From contig SXSK01000351.1 of assembly GCA_005793375.1 (NCBI GenBank), positions 90 to 64,089 of the forward strand: a DNA stretch of 64,000 bases, given 5' to 3'. This DNA comes from Verrucomicrobiales bacterium. GTDB taxonomy: Bacteria; Verrucomicrobiota; Verrucomicrobiia; Limisphaerales; UBA9464. Under the pieces are notes generated by a model that worked only from the letters and a program-made list of their open reading frames with translations, was not told the origin of the DNA and ran no database searches. Within the stretch, counting starts at the first letter, position 1. Every line of letters starts with the position of its first letter. The position numbers were made by a program, and so were the translations under genes. Positions 17,642-26,821 of the stretch are shown here, one piece after another.

Positions 17642-19064
17642 CGCCCGACGATATTTCCCCCCGATGACCCGGCGGCAACTGCTGCGTGAAGGAAGCCTTG
17701 GTTTCGGTGCCATCGCGCTGGCCTCAATGCTTTCGAACAAGAGCCTGGGAGCGTCGGACGGGACCAACCGCCGAACGGTGGGCGGTGCGCATCGCCCACC
17801 AAAGGCGACGAGTGTGATCTTTCTGTACATGGATGGCGGTGTGTCGCAGGTGGAGAGTTTCGATCCCAAACCACGGCTCAAGCTCGAAAACGGAAAGCCG
17901 TTCAGAATGAAAATGGAGCCGACGCAGTTCGAAGACAACGGCGCGGTGCTGGGCAATTTGTGGGACTTCAAGACTTATGGCCGCAGTGGTCTGCCGGTGA
18001 GCGATCTCTTTCCATTCATCGGCGGTTGCGCGGATGACCTCTGCGTGATCCGTTCCATGGCCTCCAATTTCTCTGAGCACAATGCTGCCAATTATTTCCT
18101 GCACTGTGGCAGTGGCATGGCAGGTCGACCGAGCATGGGCGCTTGGGCTACCTACGGCTTGGGCTCGGAAAATCGTGACCTACCGGGTTATGTCGTGCTG
18201 GATGGCGGGTTGATTCCATCCGGGGGGGTGGATTGTTTTGCTGCGGGCTTTCTACCGGCGAACTACCAAGCGTCGCTACTGCGCAATCAATCGCCGGCGC
18301 TGGCCAACGTCCAGCCGATCGAGGCACAGGCACGCTGGCAACAGACCAAACTCGCTGCATTGCGTACGATCGACGCCGGCACGCTGGAAGATTTGGGGAG
18401 GCCAGACGCCTTGGAGGCGGCCATTCTCAATGCGGAGTTGGCCTACCGGATGCAGATGGCCGTGCCAGAGGCGACGGACATTGTTGGCGAATCGGAAGTG
18501 ACGCGGCGTCTTTACGGTCTGGACGCCCCGTTTGAGCATACCCGTTCGTATGGGCGTCAGTGCTTGGTTGCAAGACGGCTTGTGGAGCGCGGCGTTCGTT
18601 TCATCGAGTTGACCTGTCCGCGCGCTCACGGCACCCAGCGTTGGGATGCGCATGGTGATCTTCGCAAGAACCATTCTCTGAATGCGCTCTCGATCGATCA
18701 GCCCATCGCCGGCCTTCTGAAAGATCTCAAAGCACGCGGCCTTTTGGACACGACACTGGTCCTCTGGTCTGGCGAGTTTGGGCGCACACCATTTGCTCAG
18801 GGCGGAAGTGATGGTCGCGATCACAACCCATTCGGTTTCAGCCTCTGGCTTTCGGGTGGCGGCATCCGAGGTGGCGTGACTTACGGCGCGACCGACGATT
18901 ACGGTTACAAAGCGGTCGAGAACAAGGTCGAAATCCACGATCTGCATGCCACCATGCTGCACCTGCTGGGCCTGGATCATGAACGTCTGACTTACCGATT
19001 CGGCGGGCGTGATTACCGGTTGACCGACGTGCATGGGCGTGTCGTGAGGGGGGTTCTGGCATGA
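17631..19064 (+). CDS. DUF1501 domain protein (sulfatase/alkaline-phosphatase-like fold), Tat-signal-like N-terminus
   Basis: 477 aa with TRRQLLREGSLGFGAIALASM at the N-terminus. Conserved DUF1501 blocks are present (IFLYMDGGVSQVESFDPKP, SGEFGRTP, GRDHNPFGF, RLTDVHG). It overlaps the upstream gene by 11 nt. Confidence 0.85.
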   Translation: MSPDARRYFPPMTRRQLLREGSLGFGAIALASMLSNKSLGASDGTNRRTVGGAHRPPKATSVIFLYMDGGVSQVESFDPKPRLKLENGKPFRMKMEPTQFEDNGAVLGNLWDFKTYGRSGLPVSDLFPFIGGCADDLCVIRSMASNFSEHNAANYFLHCGSGMAGRPSMGAWATYGLGSENRDLPGYVVLDGGLIPSGGVDCFAAGFLPANYQASLLRNQSPALANVQPIEAQARWQQTKLAALRTIDAGTLEDLGRPDALEAAILNAELAYRMQMAVPEATDIVGESEVTRRLYGLDAPFEHTRSYGRQCLVARRLVERGVRFIELTCPRAHGTQRWDAHGDLRKNHSLNALSIDQPIAGLLKDLKARGLLDTTLVLWSGEFGRTPFAQGGSDGRDHNPFGFSLWLSGGGIRGGVTYGATDDYGYKAVENKVEIHDLHATMLHLLGLDHERLTYRFGGRDYRLTDVHGRVVRGVLA

Positions 19065-19168
19065 ATCTGGAAACGCCGATAACTTTAGCTTGATCAGCCA
19101 GCTCCATGAGACTCCCATGCGAACGCCTTTTCACAGACCTGCGACGCATCAGCAACCCGCATAAAACG

Positions 19169-19969
19169 ATGAAACGCATACTCCCTACTCTCTTCACCTT
19201 CCTGGTCCTGACGCTGATCGCTTGCGCGTCGTTTGGGATTGAAGGTTTCAAGCCGCTTTTCAATGGAACGGATCTTGCCGGTTGGGATGGCGATCCCGCG
19301 CTTTGGAAGGTGGAGAACGGGGTGATCATTGGTACCTGCAGCGGCCCGGTGAGCCCGAGGAACAACTCCTTCTTAATCTGGCGCGGCGGCAAGGTTAAAG
19401 ATTTCGAACTGCGCGCGACCGTTCGGGTCATAGGCGACAATAACTCTGGCATCCAATACCGAAGCCGCCAACTGCCGGAGATCAGCCCGTGGGCGATTGC
19501 GGGGTATCAGTGCGACATCCACCCGGCGATCGAGCATACGGGCATGACCTATGAGGAAAGGGGACGGGGAATCTTTGGACTCAACGGCAAGGACGTCGCG
19601 GTTGATCCCCAGGGCGGCCGGTGGGTCATTGCAGAGCGTCACCCAGTGACGGTGGACGTTTCACAATGGAACGAATACACGGTGATCGCGCGGGGAAATC
19701 ATCTCCTTCACAAGATCAACGGGAAGGTCACTTCCGAGATGTTCGACTACGATGAAAGGGGACGGGCGCTCGAAGGATTGCTGGCGATCCAACTGCATCA
19801 AGGGAACGCCAACAGTGTGCAGGTAAAACAGATTAAGCTCCGGGCGCTCACCGATGGCAAAGTGTTGGGGTTCGATCCGTCGAGTCTACACGCCGGTTCG
19901 ACCCGGATCGCTGCGCCTCGAACCACCAAGCCTCAAGGCATCGGCCCCACCCCTGTGTTTAAAAAATAG
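19169..19969 (+). CDS. DUF1080 domain protein (3-keto-disaccharide hydrolase-like, concanavalin fold)
   Basis: The start is chosen at MKRILPTLFTFLVLTLIACA (ATG 19169). It has the characteristic FKPLFNGTDLAGWDGDPALWKVENGVIIG, SGIQYRS and EGLLAIQLHQG blocks. Confidence 0.85.
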   Translation: MKRILPTLFTFLVLTLIACASFGIEGFKPLFNGTDLAGWDGDPALWKVENGVIIGTCSGPVSPRNNSFLIWRGGKVKDFELRATVRVIGDNNSGIQYRSRQLPEISPWAIAGYQCDIHPAIEHTGMTYEERGRGIFGLNGKDVAVDPQGGRWVIAERHPVTVDVSQWNEYTVIARGNHLLHKINGKVTSEMFDYDERGRALEGLLAIQLHQGNANSVQVKQIKLRALTDGKVLGFDPSSLHAGSTRIAAPRTTKPQGIGPTPVFKK

Positions 19970-20124
19970 GGCTGGAACTTTGGACCTGCTTATCTCATGT
20001 CGCTTTGTCTGGTAAGCGTGGTGGTGTGTGTTGACGTTTGGGCTTTTGGCCAACCTGCAGAGTTCCGTCGACTTCATTCTTGCGCTGCCAAGTGCCCACT
20101 TGCTCGGTGGATAATGCCTCTCCA

Positions 20125-21501
20125 ATGAAATGGTGTGTCATCGCCGTGCTCCTACTGCTGCTTGGCGCGAATTTCCAACGCGCGCGAGCCGCATCGCCGT
20201 TAGAAACCGCGGTGCTTCGCGCGGTACGAGAGGCTCGCTTCGACCGCGTTTTGGATTTTGGGGCCGCCAATGAGGATGCCAAGAAGCCAAGCTTGCCCAA
20301 GATCATTGCGCATGTGCCGAATGTTGATGTTGCGGTCATTCAACTCAACCCCCAGGGACAGGTCCTGGCATGCGCCAACATACTCTTGTCTCGCGACTAC
20401 CCCGAGGGATTGATTGTTCCGGTCAGTTTGAACCACGGAGCCTCGTCCGTTCGATTTCGGCGTTGGGACATATCGCGCTGGAACGGAGGGGAGTTCGCGT
20501 CAGGCGAGTCCGTGCCTCTGAGGGTCAAGGGTTGGACCAACCATCCGTCGCTTACCGATGACGACGACATTCTCCCGGGCCGAACGAACGCATCCTTCCA
20601 GTTCATGGCGCCCTATCCGGCATCGCTCTTCAAACTTCTTATCGCATTTCACACAATGCGTCTGGTTGATTCCGGGTCTTTGACACTGGATACGCCTGTC
20701 ACCTTTTCCGCTCCCAACGCAAAGGACGAGACACGTACGGTTCGAGCCTGGTTGGATCCCATGATCACCGCCTCGGATAATCGCGCGACTCAAGCCTTAC
20801 TCCAATGGCTGCATCGGAATCTCAGCATTCAGGTTATGAATCGGGAATATCGCGACTTAGGTTTGGAAACACTTCAGATTAATGGCACTCGGGCGGAAGA
20901 CGGTAGGAACTGGCAAACGGATCGGATTCACATGACCGCATTCGATACGGCGAGGCTCCTCCTGCTCATTGAGGGACCGCCGAATGAACTGTGGCGCACC
21001 CCCGATGGTCGAGCGGTGACTTCGGGATACATCAACCAGTCTAGCCGTGCTTATTTAAAGCAACTGTTGGCAGAGCAGGGGCTGAACGAAGCGTTGTCTA
21101 CCGCCAATTTGGCAGGTGTGCCGAATGTGCGACCCGGTATACCCGCAATGATTGCAGCTCGTTGGATCCATCCGACCAATGGCATCGTTGCAGTGGACGG
21201 CGTGAATTTCGGGGTCGACGTCCGGGCGAGCAATGGCAAGGCGGAGGTGATCTTCGCGCACAAAACCGGGCTGACATATAATTACGCGTCGGATGCGGGT
21301 ATCGTGACGTCTCTGCCCGGGCGACCTTTCCGGCGGTACATCATCTCGTTCCTGAGCAACTTGGGGTACCGCTACGTGGACGAAGCGTTTGCGCATCGAA
21401 CCCGGGGACCGTATGGGGATCCGGTCAGCCCGATCAGTTACACACAACGAATTCCCGCTTTGGCTAAAGCCATCGACGATGCCATTCGCGAGATGTATTG
21501 A
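20125..21501 (+). CDS. Secreted serine hydrolase, class A beta-lactamase-like
   Basis: The start is chosen at MKWCVIAVLLLLLGA (ATG 20125). Three motifs appear in the order expected for class A: SxxK (PASLFKLL), SDN (TASDNRAT) and KTG (AHKTGLT). Confidence 0.7.
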   Translation: MKWCVIAVLLLLLGANFQRARAASPLETAVLRAVREARFDRVLDFGAANEDAKKPSLPKIIAHVPNVDVAVIQLNPQGQVLACANILLSRDYPEGLIVPVSLNHGASSVRFRRWDISRWNGGEFASGESVPLRVKGWTNHPSLTDDDDILPGRTNASFQFMAPYPASLFKLLIAFHTMRLVDSGSLTLDTPVTFSAPNAKDETRTVRAWLDPMITASDNRATQALLQWLHRNLSIQVMNREYRDLGLETLQINGTRAEDGRNWQTDRIHMTAFDTARLLLLIEGPPNELWRTPDGRAVTSGYINQSSRAYLKQLLAEQGLNEALSTANLAGVPNVRPGIPAMIAARWIHPTNGIVAVDGVNFGVDVRASNGKAEVIFAHKTGLTYNYASDAGIVTSLPGRPFRRYIISFLSNLGYRYVDEAFAHRTRGPYGDPVSPISYTQRIPALAKAIDDAIREMY

Positions 21502-21588
21502 AGGCATTTTGCACCCAACCTACTCAATAACTCGACCATCTCTCGAGGCTGCAGCATCGCGACTCAGAATACCGAGTGATTGATGGAC

Positions 21589-22578
21589 TCAGCCCTTTCG
21601 CGATAGATCGGCTCCGAGGAGTTTTTCGAGCAGGCGTTTAGTGGCGAGGGTTCCTTCGCGTTCGCCGAGGGGCTGCTCTGGGGACCTAGTGGCCGAAAGT
21701 GTTCGGGGCGAGCCGCCGGGTCCTTCGTACTCGACTTCGATCCAACCGCGGAAGCCGGAGTCAGCTACTAGGTTTAAGAGGCGTCCATAGTCGGAATAGC
21801 ATTCGTTGCCATTCGCGTCGAAGTCGTGTGACTTGGCGCAGACAGCCTTGGCGAGGGGGAGCATTGCAGCCACGCCGGTGTAGCGGTCGTGGAACTCGCC
21901 GGTGGTGCGGTTTTTTTGGAAATTGCCGAAGTCCGGTAAAGTGCCACATCGCGGGTGGGCGACCCGTTTGGCGACGGAAGCGAGCCATGCACCATCGGTA
22001 CGGAGTCCTTCACCGTGATTTTCGATCATCACGTCGAGGTTCAACGGGGCACTGAATTCCACCAGGCGGGCCAGCCCGTCGGCTAGAAGTCGAGCTTGTT
22101 CCCCTGCCGGTCGGTTTCCTTCGGCGATCGGATTCACTCGGATGCCGGTACAGCCGAGCGTGGCCGCGGCGGCGAGCCACGGACGGTACTTCTCCACGTT
22201 TGCCTTCCGGGCCGCGGTGTCGGCTGCGCCGAGCGGATCGGAGAGATCGACGAGAATGACCACATTGCTCACTCCGGCGTTGGAGGCGCGCCGGTTGAGT
22301 TCGGCCAGATGTATGGGGCTGGTGTGGTGTTCCGCCAGGAGGTGTCCGCTGTAGTCCACACCGGAAAACCCGAGCTCGCCAGCGATCGTGGGGAATTCCA
22401 GCGGATCACGGCGAGCGACTCCGGCCTCACCGCGGAATGCGCGATGGAAGCTCCATTGGCCCAGGGCAAGGCGGTATCGGGGACCGTCTTTGACGGCGGT
22501 CTGCGCCGTGGCGTGTGGCAAAACGCACGCACCGAGGATTGTGGTGGCGGCAGAACCGAGGAATTGGCGACGTTTCAT
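21589..22578 (-). CDS. Sugar phosphate isomerase/epimerase (xylose-isomerase-like TIM barrel) with a Tat-type signal
   Basis: The likely start is MKRRQFLGSAATTILGACVLPHATA (M8, 22578). TIM-barrel family blocks are present (GFSGVDYSG, VILVDLSDP, GCTGIRVNP, VMIENHGEG). Confidence 0.8.
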   Translation of the reverse strand: MKRRQFLGSAATTILGACVLPHATAQTAVKDGPRYRLALGQWSFHRAFRGEAGVARRDPLEFPTIAGELGFSGVDYSGHLLAEHHTSPIHLAELNRRASNAGVSNVVILVDLSDPLGAADTAARKANVEKYRPWLAAAATLGCTGIRVNPIAEGNRPAGEQARLLADGLARLVEFSAPLNLDVMIENHGEGLRTDGAWLASVAKRVAHPRCGTLPDFGNFQKNRTTGEFHDRYTGVAAMLPLAKAVCAKSHDFDANGNECYSDYGRLLNLVADSGFRGWIEVEYEGPGGSPRTLSATRSPEQPLGEREGTLATKRLLEKLLGADLSRKG

Positions 22579-22647
22579 GCTGGGGTCGGACCACGACAAA
22601 TCTTTTTGCCAGAGTATGATAGAAGTATTTTGGAGTTAATTTCGGGG

Positions 22648-23497
22648 CTTAGAGGGCATTTTCAAGGCTGAATTTGGCTCTTAAGCAATGGGAACTTCAC
22701 GAAGAGCCCAGACGTCGGCCTGCGCATCCAATGGGGTCGTGTTCAGCAAGCGTCGATGAACGACCCGACCTCGCATCGCCTCAACAAATTCACGACTGCC
22801 CACCGCGATGCTCTCCGTCCATTCCGATTCGCGTCTCACAACTCCCGTCTTTAGCCGATCTTCGAGGTAGCGATGATAGTCGGCACGAAAGTCTTCCAGA
22901 TTTCTGGCAGCCACTGCCTCCCGCACACGTTCCAGATTGATTAGACGGTAGCGTCGACGCAAGCCCATGAGCTCGTGGTATCCTGTCCATTCCCACTCCC
23001 GAGGGTGTTTCACAGCTCCCGCTCGAACCATGTTCAAATCAATGTAGGCCAGACATCGCCAGAGATGGAGTCCGTCCTGGACCATAGTTGCGTGGAAGCG
23101 ATCTTCCCAGAAAGCCCCATGTCGATTGCGGCGCCGATTGAACGCCTGCGCATGCTGCCCCTGGACCCGCTGCATCAATCGGCTCACCTCTTCGGTGGAT
23201 TGGGATGAGGTGATCAATAAGTGGACGTGGTTTGAGGTGATGGTGAATTGCAGAAGTCCGACATCGACCTCTCCGAGGGTCTCGCGCAAGCGGTTGCGGT
23301 AATCCTCACGATCTCGGGAGAACTTCAGCAGGAACGCCTGATCATGACATCGGTGAGTGATGTGATAGCAGAATCCTGGAACGATGTAACGGTTAGCCCT
23401 GGGCACAGACGGAACCTAAAAGAACAGCGGGCTGGCACTCCAGTCGACAATCGATCTCCGTTATAACCGATTTTTGCCTCAAAATTGCCCCTCTAAG
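22648..23497 (-). mobile_element. RAYT/IS200-like Y1 transposase unit bracketed by an imperfect inverted repeat
   Basis: IR-L at 22648..22668 reads cttagagggcattttcaaggc. The reverse complement of IR-R at 23476..23497 reads cttagaggggcaattttgaggc. By eye about 18 of 22 positions match, with two 1-nt indels. They bracket the transposase ORF. Confidence 0.6.
22681..23406 (-). CDS. REP-associated tyrosine transposase (RAYT) / IS200-like Y1 transposase
   Basis: 241 aa. The N-terminal MPRANRYIVPGFCYHITHRCHDQAFLL, the HUH motif SNHVHLLI and the downstream AYIDLNMVRAGAV..P.EWEWTGY with the catalytic Tyr region all fit. Confidence 0.85.
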   Translation of the reverse strand: MPRANRYIVPGFCYHITHRCHDQAFLLKFSRDREDYRNRLRETLGEVDVGLLQFTITSNHVHLLITSSQSTEEVSRLMQRVQGQHAQAFNRRRNRHGAFWEDRFHATMVQDGLHLWRCLAYIDLNMVRAGAVKHPREWEWTGYHELMGLRRRYRLINLERVREAVAARNLEDFRADYHRYLEDRLKTGVVRRESEWTESIAVGSREFVEAMRGRVVHRRLLNTTPLDAQADVWALREVPIA

Positions 23498-23628
23498 AGT
23501 CGATTTGGCGTCCTTCATCGACGTTATCTATCTCGCTGACAACATGTTGCTCTGGTCCGACCCCGTAGGAACTCGGTGGGGAATTCCGGCAGTTGCTGAT
23601 TTCCTGTTCTTCGTCATTATTAACGGGT

Positions 23629-24138
23629 ATGAAGACATTTGTGGCATCGATCCTTTTGGCTCTCCTTCCATTTCTGGCATCCGCCGCTGACAAGTTGGCT
23701 GTGGGTGCCCCCATCCCGGCCATCACGTGCAATGAGCAAGATGGGAACCCTGTCGACTTGTCGAAGGTCGGATCCAAGGGATATCTGCTGGTTTACTTTT
23801 ATCCCAAGGCCAGCACACCGGGCTGCACCAAGCAGGGATGCTCCTTGCGTGATGGTTGGTCGGCATTGCAGAAAGCGGGAGTTCAGGTTTTGGGAGTCAG
23901 TACAGACGCCGAATCGAGCCAGAAGAAATTCAAGGACGAGCAGAAATTCCCGTTCCCGCTGCTTGCCGACAAGGAAAAGAAGGTAACGGAGACATTTGGG
24001 GTCAAAAACCTCGCGGGCATGGCCAGTCGATCCGCCTTCCTATTCAAGGACGGAATCTGTGTGTGGGTAGATCCGAAGGGTTCGACGACGGATCAGGCGG
24101 ATCAGGTTCTCGCCTATCTCAAGAGCGTTGCGAAGTAG
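23629..24138 (+). CDS. bcp: Thioredoxin-dependent thiol peroxidase (peroxiredoxin Bcp type), exported
   Basis: The start is chosen at MKTFVASILLALLPFLASA (ATG 23629). The active site YFYPKASTPGCTKQGCSLRD (CxxxxC) and FPLLADKEKKV are present. Confidence 0.85.
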   Translation: MKTFVASILLALLPFLASAADKLAVGAPIPAITCNEQDGNPVDLSKVGSKGYLLVYFYPKASTPGCTKQGCSLRDGWSALQKAGVQVLGVSTDAESSQKKFKDEQKFPFPLLADKEKKVTETFGVKNLAGMASRSAFLFKDGICVWVDPKGSTTDQADQVLAYLKSVAK

Positions 24139-24241
24139 CTGTGGCTGCTGCCTGTCAGCGCGTAATTTTTTCGACGGGCTCGCGGCTCGCGGGACTCCAA
24201 AGAAAACTTCGGTGATACGTCGAAGGGCGGAACACTGATGA

Positions 24242-24264
24242 CGCAGGGCGTTGCGCCCTACGCG
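24242..24264. terminator. GC-rich hairpin between convergent genes (possible bidirectional terminator or degenerate repeat)
   Basis: cgcagggcg-tt-gcgccctacgcg forms a near-perfect stem with one mismatch. It lies between the bcp stop (24138) and the peptidase stop (24299). No clear U-tract follows. Confidence 0.35.
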
Positions 24265-24298
24265 TGGTGAGTCGGGGCTGCGCAACTCGTTGTGAGAG

Positions 24299-26689
24299 CT
24301 AACGTGGGCCTGGTGGAAGATGTTGCAGGAGATATCGGGCGATCAACATGCGGACGTGAACCACAGTCCCATTTCCCTCGCGCAAACCATGGTCGCGGTT
24401 GGGATAGACCATGTAATCGAACGTCTTGCCGAGTTCGATCAGCCCTTCGATGATCTGGATGTGGGTATTCGTTTCGCCAGACCCCGTGATGATTAGCAGT
24501 TTTCCTTTTAGGCCGTCGGCATAATTGATCGCCGCCGCCCGTTGGTATCCCTCGGGATTTACCTCACGTGTACGCATGAAGATTTCCTGGAACCAGGCAT
24601 TGTAAAGGTGCGCTTGAGGCTTGGGCACCACCGCAATACCAACGTGGTAGGTATTCGGTTTGCGAAAGAGAGCGTTGAGGGTGTTCGATCCGCCACCACT
24701 CCAGCCCCAGATACCGACGCGAGACAGGTCCACGTAGGAACGCGTCCTGCCCAATTCCTGGAGCGCCGCTTCCTGTTCCTCTGTAGAGAGCGGACCCAGG
24801 CTGCCAAAAACTGCACGTCGCCATGCCGCGCCCTTGGGGGCGGGTGTGCCGCGGTTGTCGAAGGATACCACCAGGTATCCGAGGTCTGCGATGACACGGT
24901 GGAAGTCGATCTGGGCGGCTCCCCACTCATTCAGCACCGTCTGCGCATGAGGTTCTCCGTAGACGTAGATGAAAACAGGGTATTTTTTTGACGGATCGAA
25001 ATTCTTTGGTTTGAGCAACCAAGCGTCGATTGAAATGCCCCCGCCAATGGTGAGTTGCAGGAACTCTGCTGGTTGTGACAGAACACCCTTCATCTTATCG
25101 CGAAGCTGTTGGTTGTCTTGCAGTACGCGGACAACCCGATGGCCGGGAAGCTCGACTAGCTCAACGAATGGCGGCGAATCTAGTGTGGAATAGGTGTGGA
25201 AGGCCCATTTCGCATCCGGGGAAAAATCATAGTGATGAGTCCCGTGCTGGTCCTGGGGGGTGATCCGCTCCAAATTGCCAGATCCATCAAGGGGTACCCG
25301 GAACAGATGTTTCTGGGTGGCATTGTCCGGAGAGGCATAGAAATAGTACCACCCACCTGTTTCATCGATCACCGCTCGATCTATGAGATCGTACTTACCG
25401 GGTGTCAGCAGCGCCAACTCCTTGCTGTCGCGTGAACCGAGGTACGCATGGCGCCATCCATCCTTTTCGCTTACCACCACAAAGGCTCGACCACCGCGAA
25501 TCCATGTCAGCCCGGAGTTCTTCCCTTGGCTCGATTCCGCCCAGGCGTCATTCGATTCATGGAAGATCTGCTTCAGGTCGCCATTCGGCTTCGCCAGGAA
25601 GAACTCCCGTTGGTCACGGAAGCGGCTCAGCCGCTCGATGAGGACCTCTTCTGAGTTCCCGACCCATTCGACTTGTCCGAGATAAAAGCCTTCTTTCGGC
25701 GACGTCAGTGGCAGCCATGTCAGGTTTTGTCCATCGGCATCCACGACGCCGACCCGAAGCTTCGGGATGGCTTCGCCGACTCGGGCGAACTGATGATATT
25801 GCACCCCTGGATAAGACGGATCACTGGGTTCAAGAACCGCTCGCCGTCGCACGTCGGTGCTGTCCGTCTCAACCAGAACGACGCGCAATCCATCGGGGCT
25901 CCAGACGGCATTGCGGTACGAGATATCTCGTCCAGCAGCAGCATGTTTCGTTAGCTGAATAAGCTGGCCACTTGCCAGATGGTGCACAAAAAGATCGCGA
26001 TCCTGGAACTTCAGCAGGCGCGAGCCGTCTGGCGAAAGAAGTCGTTCACGATCAGATTCCTTTCCCTCATCAGGCGTTGTCTTGACGCGTTCGCCGGTGC
26101 GAACCTGGTAGGTGGTCCGTATCGCATCTTTCGTTTTTGGATCACGTTCCTGAACCGTGTATCCGGAACTATTTGTCAGCCATTGCGCCTGAAACTTTTG
26201 GGCGCGAAATTCTCCGCGATCGAAAATGGCCTTCAGTCGGGATTCCGCGTCGGTCTGCCACGTGGAATCAGGGTCATTTTGGGTGGCGAGACCTCGGATT
26301 TCGATCGCCATGAAAAGGGCGACTACCCAGCTTGCGGTCGTGTGAATTCGTGTCGAGATGCAGCGGCAGGTGCCATGGGTGTCCAGGCTTGGAGTCGTCG
26401 CGCGAGTCGAGTCCAACTGGTATTCAGTCGCGCGGTTCCGGGAAGATCCTACCGGTGTGATGTGCCGCGAGAATGAGTGGAGATGGAGCAACCAGCGAGT
26501 GAGGGAGATCATAGGCAGTTTCTGACAGTGTGTATCCATATCGACGCTCTGCGAGCTGGGACATTCGTCATGGAGCGAGTGGGCGCATTTTTCAGCAGGG
26601 TGCAGCGCTCGTGCGGGTTCGGCAAGGGCATTGGGGGTGCCGCGGCTCCTATGCAAAGCTGTATTCAGCATCCTTGCAGTCTGCCTCAA
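24299..26689 (-). CDS. S9 family serine peptidase, dipeptidyl-peptidase IV-like
   Basis: The C-terminal prolyl-oligopeptidase domain has the nucleophile motif GIWGWSGGGSNTL and a later DH pair (YPNRDHGL). The N-terminal part is a beta-propeller-like DPP4 region. Coordinates give the maximal ORF. The real start is probably internal (for example M60 at 26512, or nearer the hydrophobic segment ASWVVALFMAIEI around 26311-26350). Confidence 0.85.
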   Translation of the reverse strand: MRQTARMLNTALHRSRGTPNALAEPARALHPAEKCAHSLHDECPSSQSVDMDTHCQKLPMISLTRWLLHLHSFSRHITPVGSSRNRATEYQLDSTRATTPSLDTHGTCRCISTRIHTTASWVVALFMAIEIRGLATQNDPDSTWQTDAESRLKAIFDRGEFRAQKFQAQWLTNSSGYTVQERDPKTKDAIRTTYQVRTGERVKTTPDEGKESDRERLLSPDGSRLLKFQDRDLFVHHLASGQLIQLTKHAAAGRDISYRNAVWSPDGLRVVLVETDSTDVRRRAVLEPSDPSYPGVQYHQFARVGEAIPKLRVGVVDADGQNLTWLPLTSPKEGFYLGQVEWVGNSEEVLIERLSRFRDQREFFLAKPNGDLKQIFHESNDAWAESSQGKNSGLTWIRGGRAFVVVSEKDGWRHAYLGSRDSKELALLTPGKYDLIDRAVIDETGGWYYFYASPDNATQKHLFRVPLDGSGNLERITPQDQHGTHHYDFSPDAKWAFHTYSTLDSPPFVELVELPGHRVVRVLQDNQQLRDKMKGVLSQPAEFLQLTIGGGISIDAWLLKPKNFDPSKKYPVFIYVYGEPHAQTVLNEWGAAQIDFHRVIADLGYLVVSFDNRGTPAPKGAAWRRAVFGSLGPLSTEEQEAALQELGRTRSYVDLSRVGIWGWSGGGSNTLNALFRKPNTYHVGIAVVPKPQAHLYNAWFQEIFMRTREVNPEGYQRAAAINYADGLKGKLLIITGSGETNTHIQIIEGLIELGKTFDYMVYPNRDHGLREGNGTVVHVRMLIARYLLQHLPPGPR

Positions 26690-26821
26690 GCTAAGTGTCC
26701 CAAGTCTGCAGCGACGGGAAGTCCAAAACGATGGACTGCTTTTCCGACGACGGAATGATGCTAGAAATCCGGACTGGCAGGACTTAAGGTTCTATTCCAA
26801 GATCGTCGTCAGCCGCCGCGC

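Noticed and set aside
18276-19118. 280-aa minus-strand ORF inside the DUF1501 gene. The same class includes 27524..28336, 36228..37097, 60407..61045 and 62486..63163.
   Set aside because: All are antisense to genes with strong family signatures and have no motifs of their own. I treat them as GC-driven shadow ORFs.
22672-23509. The 7-mer atttggc occurring near both RAYT flanks (22672..22678 and 23503..23509) as a target-site duplication
   Set aside because: A 7-mer match is easily chance. Its position relative to the inverted repeats is not symmetric (inside on the left, outside on the right). IS200/RAYT-type elements are not expected to make target duplications.
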